A stretch of 64,000 bases of DNA from a virus. Taxonomy: Duplodnaviria > Caudoviricetes. The stretch spans positions 66-64,065 of the IMG/VR virus record IMGVR_UViG_3300030090_004128; one strand, written 5' to 3'. Positions 18,456-27,517 of this stretch are shown piece after piece. Made by a program: the position numbers and the translations under genes. The notes beneath the pieces were generated by a model that searched no databases, was not told the DNA's origin, and saw only the letters and a program-made list of their open reading frames with translations. The number at the start of each line of letters is the position of its first letter. The first letter of the stretch is position 1.

Positions 18456-18486
18456 TAGGATAAATGAAACTTATTTACTATATTGC
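18456..18486 (+). promoter_or_regulatory. Promoter for the replication/recombination operon
   Basis: TAGGA...TATATTGC; shares TTTACTATATTGCA with P3. Confidence 0.6.
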
Positions 18487-18513
18487 AATTAAATTAACTT
18501 AAATTAAATTAAA

Positions 18514-19023
18514 ATGACGAAACTTAAAACAATAAATATTAAAGGAAAGAAGTATGTAGAAGTAAACGAAAGACTTAAATACTTTAGATCAAACTACCCT
18601 AATCATTCATTAACAAGTAGGATAACACATATTGACTCAGAGATGGTTGTTGTACAATCGGATATACTTGATCCTGAAGGTAGGATTTTAGCTAGTGGGC
18701 ATGCACATGAAGAAAAGTCTGCTAGCTTTATTAATAAAACAAGCTATGTAGAAAACTGTGAAACATCATCATGGGGTAGAGCATTGGCTAATTTTGGAAT
18801 AGGTATTGATGAGTCTGTAGCTTCAGCTAACGAAGTAGATATAGCTATTAAAAAACAAAACACAAAACCCAAAAAAGCTAAAATGACTATAAACACGTAT
18901 CAAGCTATGATGAAGGCTATTAAAGAAGGAAAGGGGGATTTTGTAAAGCAACATATGGATAAATACGATATATCTAAAGAGCAAGAAGAAGGTCTTAATA
19001 AAGCTATTAACGAAACAGCATAA
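18514..19023 (+). CDS. Rad52/Sak-like single-strand annealing recombinase
   Basis: KGKKYVEVNERL...SGHAHE...SFINKTSYVENCETSSWGRAL signature. Confidence 0.75.
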   Translation: MTKLKTINIKGKKYVEVNERLKYFRSNYPNHSLTSRITHIDSEMVVVQSDILDPEGRILASGHAHEEKSASFINKTSYVENCETSSWGRALANFGIGIDESVASANEVDIAIKKQNTKPKKAKMTINTYQAMMKAIKEGKGDFVKQHMDKYDISKEQEEGLNKAINETA

Positions 19024-19028
19024 TAATT

Positions 19029-19802
19029 ATGGATGAAATAATAAAAAAGTTTGCCTCTGATGAGGTATACTACAGCGACTATTCATTTGTGACTAACTCG
19101 CAATTAGGTTTAATTAAACGGAGCCCAGCTACCTATCAACATTACAGGGATAATCCCAGTGATCGACCTATAACTAAAGCACTTAATTTTGGTAAAGCAT
19201 TTCATATGTGTATGCTTGAGCATGATAAGTACAAAAAGGAAGTTGTGGTTGAACCTGATGTAAATAAAAGAACTAAAGCGGGGAAGGAAGAATATCAAAA
19301 GTTTTTAACCCTACATGAGGGTATGACAATACTATCTAATGATGAGGATCAATCTTTAGTGGGTATGAGAAAGAGGTTGACATCTTCTGTTGAAGCTATG
19401 GAATTATTATCTGGTGGTGTAGCTGAACAAGTCAACATTTGGAATGATCCTGACACTAAAACCCCATGTAAGGGTAAGGCTGATTATTGGAATAAAGATA
19501 GGAATATTCTTGTAGATATAAAAACGACTCAAGACTCTAGCCCTGAAGGGTTTAGAAAGTCAGCATATAAATATGGATATGACAGGCAGGCCTCTTTTTA
19601 TTTAGATGGATTTGGAGTAGAGCAATTTTGGTTCATAGTTATAGAAAAGTCAGCTCCATATAATATGGCTATCTATAATTGTAGTGAGGAATTTTTAGAA
19701 GAGGGTAGAGCTAAATATAAACATTTATTAGATATACATGACTATTACTTTATACAGGAGCTTTTTGATCCATATGAACATGTATATACAGGAACATTAT
19801 AA
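19029..19802 (+). CDS. RecE/exonuclease VIII-like PD-(D/E)XK nuclease (DUF3799-like)
   Basis: FGKAFH, KRTKAGKEEY, CKGKAD, VDIKTT, YGYDRQASFY. Confidence 0.85.
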   Translation: MDEIIKKFASDEVYYSDYSFVTNSQLGLIKRSPATYQHYRDNPSDRPITKALNFGKAFHMCMLEHDKYKKEVVVEPDVNKRTKAGKEEYQKFLTLHEGMTILSNDEDQSLVGMRKRLTSSVEAMELLSGGVAEQVNIWNDPDTKTPCKGKADYWNKDRNILVDIKTTQDSSPEGFRKSAYKYGYDRQASFYLDGFGVEQFWFIVIEKSAPYNMAIYNCSEEFLEEGRAKYKHLLDIHDYYFIQELFDPYEHVYTGTL

Positions 19803-19813
19803 AATTAAAAACT

Positions 19814-20020
19814 ATGAGTAAATTATTTAAAACATTAAAACAAAGTAAGATAACAAAGAATAAGGTTGGGGATATAACTGGATTGTCTATACCTACCGTC
19901 AGAAAGTATTTAAAAAACCCTGACCTATTCTCTGTTGGAGATGGAAAAAACATTATAAAACACTTAAAATCAAAAAACTATGAGTACACTTTTGGAGAAT
20001 TATTTAACACTGAAGAATAG
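19814..20020 (+). CDS. Small HTH DNA-binding protein
   Basis: TKNKVGDITGLSIPTVRKYLKNP helix-turn-helix. Confidence 0.7.
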   Translation: MSKLFKTLKQSKITKNKVGDITGLSIPTVRKYLKNPDLFSVGDGKNIIKHLKSKNYEYTFGELFNTEE

Positions 20021-20435
20021 CTTTAGGGATAGATCATTTAGCAACACACTTCTTTTAATAAGTGAAACATTTAAAGTTAAGCCCAACCAGATAATGGCCA
20101 GTGGCGGTAGAAAAAGAAGATTTGTGCAACCTAGAAATGTGTTGTGTTATATGATGTATACTAAGTTGGACTATAGGCTAGAGGAAATAGCTGAAAGGGT
20201 AGGTTATCGTAATCACACTTCTGTAATGCATGCACTTAATATGCATAGTGTTGACCTTAAGTGGGATGAAAACTATAAAGAAAAATATCAAATTGTTGTG
20301 GATGATTTAAAAATAGATGATCCGCATGAAACTGGTGTTGACTTCGGAAATACCGAAGGAACTCTAAAGTCTTTTCACTATAAACTATTAACAATAGAGA
20401 GTAGAATGGAGGCTTTAGAAAAATTTATTAACTAA
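19980..20435 (+). CDS. DnaA C-terminal (domain IV)-like HTH protein
   Basis: RKRRFVQPRNVLCYMM...LEEIAERVGYRNHTSVMHA matches the DnaA R-DHTTV HTH. Confidence 0.8.
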   Translation: MSTLLENYLTLKNSFRDRSFSNTLLLISETFKVKPNQIMASGGRKRRFVQPRNVLCYMMYTKLDYRLEEIAERVGYRNHTSVMHALNMHSVDLKWDENYKEKYQIVVDDLKIDDPHETGVDFGNTEGTLKSFHYKLLTIESRMEALEKFIN

Positions 20436-20450
20436 TTAATTATTTATAAA

Positions 20451-20720
20451 ATGGAGAAATCTGAAAACATTTACTGCGGAAGCGGTACAGAGAAGGTCTT
20501 CGATGAAGGAAGATCACTCGTAAACTTTTCATTAGATCTAGCTAAATTGAAAGATCACGTGTATGAGTATAACGGGAAAAAGTATGTCAACCTTACTATG
20601 GGTGCCAATAGAGATGGTGCTAATGAGTATGGTAAAACACACTATGTTAAAATAAATACGTTTAAACCTGAACCTCAAAATAACTCTACGGAGAAGAAAG
20701 AGGAAGCTTTACCGTTTTAA
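20451..20720 (+). CDS. Probable ssDNA-binding protein
   Basis: NGKKYVNL...EYGKTHYV; acidic C-terminus ending LPF. Confidence 0.65.
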   Translation: MEKSENIYCGSGTEKVFDEGRSLVNFSLDLAKLKDHVYEYNGKKYVNLTMGANRDGANEYGKTHYVKINTFKPEPQNNSTEKKEEALPF

Positions 20721-20732
20721 TTTAACACTTAT

Positions 20733-20760
20733 GGAGAGGTTGACGGGGGTTGGCCTCTCT
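20733..20760 (+). terminator. GC-rich hairpin (terminator/processing site)
   Basis: GGAGAGGTTGAC-GGGG-GTTGGCCTCTCT with G-U pairs on +. Confidence 0.5.
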
Positions 20761-20777
20761 ATATAAAAAACTAAACT

Positions 20778-21275
20778 ATGTATCTAAAAATATCTGAACA
20801 CACATCTATTGATAGTAATTCTGTTGCGGGATTTTCTTGCGAAGGAAGAGTCTTATATATAATAAGAAAAAATCACGATAAACCTTTAGATATTATATAT
20901 GATACAGAAGAAGAATGTAGCAGGATATTTCAAAACCTAAATAAACATTTTAAAAGTAAGGACTTGATGATAGTGAAATCAAGTGTAGAAAAAACAGAGG
21001 ATAGAGAAATAAAGATAGCTATGTTTAAAGCATTTTGGAACTTATATGATAAGAAAACAGGAATGCAGAGGTGTCAGGATAAGTTTTTAAAATACAATAT
21101 GAGCACAATGCAGATAATCTTAGAGTCTGTGCCATCATATATAAAAGAAACTCCTGATCCAAAATTTAGAAAGAACCCACTTACTTGGCTGAATGGAGAG
21201 TATTGGAAGGATGAGAAAGTAAAGGAAGAAGAGAAAAAGAAACAAGAATTTAATGTAAACGACTTATTTAAATGA
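20778..21275 (+). CDS. Replication initiator / helicase-loader-like protein
   Basis: FKAFWNLYDKK...FRKNPLTWLNGEYWKDE motif; upstream of primase-helicase. Confidence 0.6.
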   Translation: MYLKISEHTSIDSNSVAGFSCEGRVLYIIRKNHDKPLDIIYDTEEECSRIFQNLNKHFKSKDLMIVKSSVEKTEDREIKIAMFKAFWNLYDKKTGMQRCQDKFLKYNMSTMQIILESVPSYIKETPDPKFRKNPLTWLNGEYWKDEKVKEEEKKKQEFNVNDLFK

Positions 21276-23023
21276 GCCTAAATAATGATAGAATACAGAT
21301 TAATAAAACACAAGGTGAGGTAAGATGTGTATGTCGAAATTGTTCTACAGATCGTAAAAAGTCTAAAGAAAAATGTCTAGCTATAAATGGAGAGACTGGA
21401 GCATATATATGTCATCATTGTGGAGATAGTGGAATTATTAATCAATATAAAACATACACTAAAGAGAAAATAGAATACTCTAGACCTAAAATGACAAACT
21501 CAACTGACTTGTCAGATGAAATGGTTGACTGGTTTAGAACTAGGGGAATATCTCAAAAGGTGTTAAATAAAAATAAAGTATCACAAAAAAAAGAATATAT
21601 GCCACAAGTTTCTGCAAATAGAAATGTAATATGCTTTAATTATTTTAGAGATGGAGAGCTTGTGAACGTAAAATACAGAGATGGAGAAAAGAATTTCAAG
21701 CAATTTAAGGATGCGGAAAAGATATTTTATGGATTAGATGATATAAAGGATCATAGCGATGTGTATATAGTTGAAGGAGAAATGGATAAACTTTCTTTAG
21801 ATGAAATAGGAATAAGTAATTGTGTTTCTGTTCCTGATGGAGCTCCTAATCCAGGTACTAAAAATTACGATAATAAATTCTCATATCTAGATAATTGCTG
21901 GGAGTATTTTGAGGATAAAGAAAGAATATATATATGTTCAGATAATGATACTAATGGTAGGGTTTTATTGGAAGAATTAAGTAGAAGGATAGGTAGAGAG
22001 AGATGTTATGTGGTAAAATTTCCAAGTAATATAAAAGACGCTAACCAAATGTTAGTAGATGAAGGTGTGTTCGCCTTAGAAAAAATACTAAAAGAAGCTG
22101 AGCCATATCCAGTTGATGGTGTTTTTACTGTTAAATCAGAAGAAGATTATATGATAGATGTTTTTAATAATGGTAAAAAGAAAGGATTAACTACAGGATA
22201 TCAAGTTTTAGATAATCACTATACCCTCAGAACTTCAGAGTTAGATGTGTGGACAGGTATTCCAGGCTCAGGTAAGACAATGATGGCGTTTCAAATAATG
22301 CTTAATTCATCTGTTTTATATGGGTGGAAATGGGGGATATTTTCCCCAGAAAACTACCCAGTGGGAGACCTGTTCGACACTCTAGCTGAAATGTATATAG
22401 GAAACACATCAGATGTGGATGTTAATGATAGAATGTCTATACATGAATATCATGAAGCTATTGAGTTTCTAAATAAACATTTCTTTGCTATATATCCTGA
22501 AGATGATTTCAGTCTTGATAACATATTATCTAAGTTTAAACACTTAGTGTTAAGGCATGGAATAAAGGGTTGTTTACTAGATCCTTTCAATCAATTAGAT
22601 CATAAGTTTGGAGGTAAAGATGAAACAACATATATAGGGGAGTGCTTAACTCATATACGTAGATTTGAACAGGTTAATGATCTTAAATTTATAATAATAG
22701 CACACCCTAGAAAAATGGATAGAGATGATCAGGGCGGGTATAAAAAACCTACAGCGTATGATATTAGTGGTAGTCAAAATTGGTTTAATAAAGCGGATAA
22801 TGTTATCTGTATACACAGAGATGATGCTATGGATATAAACAATACTTCAGTAGCTTTTAGTGTTCAGAAGGTTAAGTTTCAGAAATTAGTAGGGGTTCCA
22901 GGAGAAGAATCTTTAAAATATGATAGAAGATCTGGAAGGTATCTGGACTACCATATGAACTGCCCTTTAGATACAGTAAGTCAGACTCATAGTCTGTGGA
23001 GACAAAATAATGATTTTTATTGA
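21272..23023 (+). CDS. Primase-helicase (T7 gp4/Twinkle-like)
   Basis: Zn finger (CRNC...CHHC), TOPRIM (VEGEMD, DNDTNG), Walker A GIPGSGKT, IAHPRK, ISGSQNWFNKADN. Confidence 0.93.
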   Translation: MSLNNDRIQINKTQGEVRCVCRNCSTDRKKSKEKCLAINGETGAYICHHCGDSGIINQYKTYTKEKIEYSRPKMTNSTDLSDEMVDWFRTRGISQKVLNKNKVSQKKEYMPQVSANRNVICFNYFRDGELVNVKYRDGEKNFKQFKDAEKIFYGLDDIKDHSDVYIVEGEMDKLSLDEIGISNCVSVPDGAPNPGTKNYDNKFSYLDNCWEYFEDKERIYICSDNDTNGRVLLEELSRRIGRERCYVVKFPSNIKDANQMLVDEGVFALEKILKEAEPYPVDGVFTVKSEEDYMIDVFNNGKKKGLTTGYQVLDNHYTLRTSELDVWTGIPGSGKTMMAFQIMLNSSVLYGWKWGIFSPENYPVGDLFDTLAEMYIGNTSDVDVNDRMSIHEYHEAIEFLNKHFFAIYPEDDFSLDNILSKFKHLVLRHGIKGCLLDPFNQLDHKFGGKDETTYIGECLTHIRRFEQVNDLKFIIIAHPRKMDRDDQGGYKKPTAYDISGSQNWFNKADNVICIHRDDAMDINNTSVAFSVQKVKFQKLVGVPGEESLKYDRRSGRYLDYHMNCPLDTVSQTHSLWRQNNDFY

Positions 23024-23295
23024 TGAGAAAACAGATATATGTATTAACTATTGAATGTTCCTATCGAAATATTAATGTAAATAAATTAGGTAGAAGGGTG
23101 CCAAGTAAAAATAAAAACTATATAACTATTGATAATGTTTTTACAGAAAATACTATTGAAGGGTTGCAAGGTTGTGAAAGATCTATGAATAAAATAAAAT
23201 TTGAAATAAGAAAGAAGAATAAAAAAGATATTGAAATAACAATAGATAGAATTTTAGACTCATTACCAGTTGGTATGAGTAATGATATATATTAA
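23020..23295 (+). CDS. Hypothetical protein
   Basis: ORF track. Confidence 0.6.
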   Translation: MMRKQIYVLTIECSYRNINVNKLGRRVPSKNKNYITIDNVFTENTIEGLQGCERSMNKIKFEIRKKNKKDIEITIDRILDSLPVGMSNDIY

Positions 23296-23310
23296 CCAAA
23301 ATTATTAATT

Positions 23311-23730
23311 ATGAAGAGGATATTTTTTATTGCGTTTATACTGACGGGTCAGTTATTCGCACAAATTGAAAGCGGATTATATTATTCTGAGGATATTTAT
23401 AAATCTGATGTGGAGAATAACAAAAGGTATAACACTATTAAGATGGAAACATCTATGTATTTAGATATAGATGAAATAGGAATAAGGATGTATCTACCAA
23501 ATAATGTAGGACTTTACCATGGATGGAAAGATATAGGTTTTTTTACAGATTATTACACTTATCTTTTAACCAACAACACTAAGATTTGTGTAGGTCCAGA
23601 AATAAATGGAATATATTATTTTTATGAAACTGAATATGATCATCTAGAGTATAAAAAGTTAATAGAATTTAGAGATCTTATTAGAGTATCTGATTTACAT
23701 GGAAATGGTAATTACCTAATGGAGAGATAA
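23311..23730 (+). CDS. Secreted hypothetical protein
   Basis: Sec signal peptide MKRIFFIAFILTGQLFA|Q (Bacteroidota Q-rule). Confidence 0.65.
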   Translation: MKRIFFIAFILTGQLFAQIESGLYYSEDIYKSDVENNKRYNTIKMETSMYLDIDEIGIRMYLPNNVGLYHGWKDIGFFTDYYTYLLTNNTKICVGPEINGIYYFYETEYDHLEYKKLIEFRDLIRVSDLHGNGNYLMER

Positions 23731-24263
23731 TGAGAAGAAAAAAAAGAAATAAAAAAGTAAGGAATGCCACAGCCACCACATTTAATGGTGTTAAATTTAA
23801 ATCAAAGTTAGAGAAGTTTACATACCAATGCCTTAAGGTGGCTGGCATACCTTTTAAGTATGAGGAAGATAGATTTGTATTGATAGATAAGTTTAAATAT
23901 GAAGGCGAATGTATTGAGAAGAAAAAGAAGAAGGGGAAGAGTGTTTTTATAAAGTCTTCTGAGAATATATCGCAAGCAACATACCTGCCCGACTTCACTA
24001 ACCTTGAGCAAGGATGGATCATAGAATGTAAAGGTTTAAGGACGGAGGCTTTTAATTTGAGATGGAAATTATTCAAGAACATGCTTGCAAAAGAGAAAAA
24101 AAGTTACGATCTTTACATGCCAGGGACACAGAAGCAGATAATGGAGGTTATTGAAAAGCTTAAATTAAAAAACAATGATTTCAAAGGAAGACAAAGAAAG
24201 GTTGAACAAAAAAATAAGAAGAGAGTCCCAGTTGGAAGCAGAAAAAAACGGAATGGATATTAG
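23730..24263 (+). CDS. T7 endonuclease I-like Holliday junction resolvase
   Basis: FKSKLE...FKYE...YLPDF...IIECKG. Confidence 0.8.
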   Translation: MRRKKRNKKVRNATATTFNGVKFKSKLEKFTYQCLKVAGIPFKYEEDRFVLIDKFKYEGECIEKKKKKGKSVFIKSSENISQATYLPDFTNLEQGWIIECKGLRTEAFNLRWKLFKNMLAKEKKSYDLYMPGTQKQIMEVIEKLKLKNNDFKGRQRKVEQKNKKRVPVGSRKKRNGY

Positions 24264-24336
24264 ATCTAAACCGTATAGGAATAAGAAGAAATATACAAGA
24301 AAAGAAAAACACAGTGATTCTAGGAGACATATTTAA
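24175..24336 (+). CDS. ArfA-like basic peptide, 53 aa (not in ORF track)
   Basis: MISKEDKERLNKKIRRESQLEAEKNGMDIRSKPYRNKKKYTRKEKHSDSRRHI. Confidence 0.55.
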   Translation: MISKEDKERLNKKIRRESQLEAEKNGMDIRSKPYRNKKKYTRKEKHSDSRRHI

Positions 24337-24700
24337 AAGCTTAATAGGTAATGCATCAACTATAATAGATGAGGTAGTTACAACAAAAGAGGAGAAGCTA
24401 TCTTTAAAGTTAAGAATGAAAGAGCTTATAGCTAAATCTCAAATGAATGCTCAAGAGCAGGTCACTAGAAGATGGGAGGCTGATGCTAAAGCAGGATGGT
24501 TGCCAGCTAATATTAGGCCTTTAACTCTAGCTTTTTTAACTATTATGCTAGTAGTCATGTCGTTCTTTGATGGTAATGTGGGTGAGTTTAAAATGAATCC
24601 AATGTATGGCCCAATTTATACCCAACTCCTACTTGTAGTATACTCAGCATACTTCGCTGGTAGATCAATCGAGAAAATTAAAAATAATAAAAATAAATAA
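24314..24700 (+). CDS. Holin (3TM/GTA-holin-like)
   Basis: RWEAD...WLPANIRP...YFAGRSIEK with TM helices. Confidence 0.75.
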   Translation: MILGDIFKSLIGNASTIIDEVVTTKEEKLSLKLRMKELIAKSQMNAQEQVTRRWEADAKAGWLPANIRPLTLAFLTIMLVVMSFFDGNVGEFKMNPMYGPIYTQLLLVVYSAYFAGRSIEKIKNNKNK

Positions 24701-24701
24701 A

Positions 24702-24992
24702 ATGGAAGCAAAAAAATTAGAAGAAAAAGAAATTAAAGAAATTAAAGAAATAGCTAGTGAAAAAAATCAAATAACAGTTGATCTTGGTAAACTTAAAACT
24801 GACATGATTTTAATGGAGGCTCAAATGAAAGAATATGAAAAAATGGAAGAAGATATGGTAGCTAAATTTAAAGGAAACCAAACTAAAGGAAAGAAGTTAA
24901 TGGATAAAATGAATAAGAAATACGGTTCTGGTACTATCAATATTGATCAAGGTGTATTTACTCCAAATACTAAAGAGAATGGGGAAGGCTAA
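24702..24992 (+). CDS. Coiled-coil hypothetical protein
   Basis: KYGSGTINIDQGVF C-terminal motif. Confidence 0.7.
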   Translation: MEAKKLEEKEIKEIKEIASEKNQITVDLGKLKTDMILMEAQMKEYEKMEEDMVAKFKGNQTKGKKLMDKMNKKYGSGTINIDQGVFTPNTKENGEG

Positions 24993-25125
24993 TGCCAAAA
25001 GGAAAGCTTGGAGAGAGAAATTGACTCTACTTAATATTCTTCGTAAACGAATGAAGAGAACTAAATCTGAGTCTAAATCTATGGAGATCCAAAATAAAAT
25101 AAGCTCAATAAAGTCTAAGTTATAA
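24979..25125 (+). CDS. Small basic protein
   Basis: MGKANAKRKAWREKL... Confidence 0.5.
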   Translation: MGKANAKRKAWREKLTLLNILRKRMKRTKSESKSMEIQNKISSIKSKL

Positions 25126-25199
25126 AACAATAAACCCATCGGAGAGATGGGCTTATCGAAAACTTAAAACTAAAACTATGTAAACACGAATGTTAACAC
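25122..25199 (-). ncRNA. Candidate trans-acting antisense sRNA against early-gene translation starts
   Basis: Promoter-like CTTG-21bp-TATATTGA; core CAUAGUUUUAGUUUUAAGUUUU; hairpin UAAGCCCAUC-UCUCC-GAUGGGUUUA followed by UUGUUUU. Confidence 0.6.
25124..25155 (-). terminator. Rho-independent terminator
   Basis: 10-bp stem whose G-U pair works only on the minus strand, plus a U-rich tail. Confidence 0.7.
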
Positions 25200-25254
25200 A
25201 GATTCAATATACAAATATTTATTGGTTTTTCACAAGTTTGTGGTAAAAAAATTA

Positions 25255-25752
25255 TTAACAACTGATTGGTGAGGAGTGTGAATCAAAATCTATATATGTT
25301 ATTGTGACATCTTCGTCACATTCAATAGCCTTCATTATATATTCATACACTCTCTTATAAGCTTGTGTAGATCTACCTATAAAACCGTCCTTCTTGATTT
25401 GATTGTTTTCCTGTGAGTCCCCAACAAGTAGACACCCAGCTGTGTGTTCATCAGTATTGCCACAATGAATGAGAATATAATCAAAGCCAGGAACATTAGT
25501 GACATGAAGCATACCACGATGCATTTTACCAAACTTCTTAGAGTATCTAGAATGAAACCCACCAACATCTCTAATTTTAATTTCATAAGTTCCTGCTGGT
25601 ATACGAGTTTCACCCCTAACCTTTTCACTTCTTTTTTCATCCTCTAAGGTATAACATAAGAATCTCTTTCCATCTAACTTATTGCTAGCGTCAAATAGAA
25701 TCCCATTTGTAGAATCGGACTCACTAGAAAATCTTAATACCTCAAGTTCCAT
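25255..25752 (-). CDS. DUF5675 family protein, putative endolysin/L,D-transpeptidase-like
   Basis: CYTLED...ETRIPAGTY...ILIHCGNTDEHTAGCLLVG; converges on the holin. Confidence 0.75.
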   Translation of the reverse strand: MELEVLRFSSESDSTNGILFDASNKLDGKRFLCYTLEDEKRSEKVRGETRIPAGTYEIKIRDVGGFHSRYSKKFGKMHRGMLHVTNVPGFDYILIHCGNTDEHTAGCLLVGDSQENNQIKKDGFIGRSTQAYKRVYEYIMKAIECDEDVTITYIDFDSHSSPISC

Positions 25753-26166
25753 TTACGCAGATATAAACATCATATACTCTACAGTCATGCTTGTTGCTAC
25801 GCTTGGTGTATATACAATGTCATTATTGTCATCGTGAGCACTCCAAGGCATAAACATCCAGTCTCCAGCGTATAGTCTACCCATCTCTTCACCATTGATA
25901 GTAACAGTAATATATTCTGATCTAGTTGTAGAACAGTTTTTAAGATACACTTTATGAGCTTTATTTTGACCATAAGTTGTAGCTGGAGTTGCATTAAACA
26001 AAGTAACAGCATCAGTTGCTGTAGTTGTTTTTCTACCTATACCTGTTGTTTGTGAAATACCAGTTGATGTACCAGTATCATACAGAGTAGCTGTTGTTGT
26101 TAAGCTTAAAGCATCTGACGTTAAGTCGCTAGAGGATAACGTAATTTGTGCAGTTGTTGTCGCCAT
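25753..26166 (-). CDS. Putative structural protein
   Basis: MATTTAQITLSSSDL, Thr-rich; RLYAGDWMFMPW. Confidence 0.6.
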   Translation of the reverse strand: MATTTAQITLSSSDLTSDALSLTTTATLYDTGTSTGISQTTGIGRKTTTATDAVTLFNATPATTYGQNKAHKVYLKNCSTTRSEYITVTINGEEMGRLYAGDWMFMPWSAHDDNNDIVYTPSVATSMTVEYMMFISA

Positions 26167-26215
26167 TTATTTTTATTTTAAATTGTTAACTAATTTTTTA
26201 CCAAATATAATCATT

Positions 26216-26398
26216 TTATATCTCAAAACCAAAGTTCAAGATCATAAATCTAAATCTTTTACAACTACCTTTTTTGTTTTCACAATACAAGCAGGGGCAA
26301 AACATTAATTCAAATATAGTAAGTGTACTTATTCTGAATGTTAATTCGTATCTATCTTTTTTATTTCCTGAAGTCCAGGAATTAATCCAGTTAATCAT
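26216..26398 (-). CDS. Small hypothetical protein
   Basis: MINWINSW...RFMILNFGFEI. Confidence 0.55.
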   Translation of the reverse strand: MINWINSWTSGNKKDRYELTFRISTLTIFELMFCPCLYCENKKGSCKRFRFMILNFGFEI

Positions 26399-26421
26399 AT
26401 TTTTTATTTTTTTTATTATTA

Positions 26422-26838
26422 TTAATCTCCAAAGGGAACATCCTCATTCAAATCAGATGAGTCTTCTTCCACTTTTTTCTTTACCTTCTTTCCACCGTTA
26501 TATTCAACAGCGTGACCTTCACTAACTAATGTCTCATTAACATTAATTGGTAGATCCATATTGTCAGGATATACAGTTAAAACACCTAAGACTCTACCGT
26601 ATTTGCCAACCTCCTTACTTTCAACAACCAAACTACCTTTGTCAAGAATTTCAGTTAACCTGTATTTAGCGGCTAACCCTCGTTTCTTTTCTTCTAAATC
26701 TCTAGTTCTAGATTCTGGAGTATCTATCCCAGCTAGCCTAACTCTTTTGTGAACGCTAATATCAAAGCCTAAATTTATATTAACATCTACAGTGTCTCCA
26801 TCGACTACCCTGTCTAATTTCGCTTTATAAGTATACAT
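26422..26838 (-). CDS. Thermonuclease (SNase-like)
   Basis: RVVDGDT, RVRLAGIDTPE, GKYGRVLG. Confidence 0.9.
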   Translation of the reverse strand: MYTYKAKLDRVVDGDTVDVNINLGFDISVHKRVRLAGIDTPESRTRDLEEKKRGLAAKYRLTEILDKGSLVVESKEVGKYGRVLGVLTVYPDNMDLPINVNETLVSEGHAVEYNGGKKVKKKVEEDSSDLNEDVPFGD

Positions 26839-26839
26839 A

Positions 26840-27232
26840 TTAATTGAATTTTGCGATCATGATTTGATCAATGCTTTTTTGCACTTCTTTTTTATCAGCT
26901 TCAAGTTCAAACATTATATTAGCTTTAAATCTTTCTTTCTCCTCTCCACTCTCAAATATAATAACAGTAGGTATGCAAGTTACTTCATACTTAGCTTGAA
27001 GATTAGGATATTCAGCTATATCAATTCTATACTTTGAGCAGTCATTTAAATTTGAAAGATCAACAAATTCATTAGACGAGTTCCATTCAACCCAAAATTC
27101 TACAGCCACTATATCTTTAGCTATTTTCTGATTGAAATTATCTTCATTAATAAACTCTTGTCCTGTAACTTTAGATCCTATAACAAGGATTAATATAAAT
27201 GCTATTAATAATTTTAAGTCTAAATATTTCAT
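26840..27232 (-). CDS. Secreted thioredoxin-fold protein lacking CxxC
   Basis: Signal peptide; VEFWVEWNSSN in place of WCxxC; IPTVIIF...GEEKERF. Confidence 0.7.
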   Translation of the reverse strand: MKYLDLKLLIAFILILVIGSKVTGQEFINEDNFNQKIAKDIVAVEFWVEWNSSNEFVDLSNLNDCSKYRIDIAEYPNLQAKYEVTCIPTVIIFESGEEKERFKANIMFELEADKKEVQKSIDQIMIAKFN

Positions 27233-27233
27233 A

Positions 27234-27515
27234 TTATTTCATATTATCCATCTTCTCCCTAAGATATTTGATATCATCTTTTATCTCTTTTACATCCTCC
27301 TCTGTTTTTAAAATTGAAGCTCTTATATATTCATCTTTCATTTTGAACTCCATTTGAGTAACCTCTGGTTTTGGGGGCTCAGGAAGTAATTTAGCTTCAT
27401 CAATATCAGCCTGTAAAGTGAACCACATACCAACTAATGTGGCTATTAAAAAAGCTATTCCACCCATTGTTTTTAGGCTTACTTCAAATTTAGAATCTTC
27501 TGATATTTCTTTCAT
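27234..27515 (-). CDS. Membrane-anchored coiled-coil protein
   Basis: One TM helix followed by heptads. Confidence 0.65.
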   Translation of the reverse strand: MKEISEDSKFEVSLKTMGGIAFLIATLVGMWFTLQADIDEAKLLPEPPKPEVTQMEFKMKDEYIRASILKTEEDVKEIKDDIKYLREKMDNMK

Positions 27516-27517
27516 AA

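Noticed and set aside
19055-19070. Second CTGATGA hammerhead core
   Set aside because: Lies inside the exonuclease CDS with no flanking stems or downstream GAAA
25161-25183. Plus-strand gene start after a perfect initiation motif
   Set aside because: ATG is followed immediately by TAA, and hairpin and promoter polarity favour the minus strand
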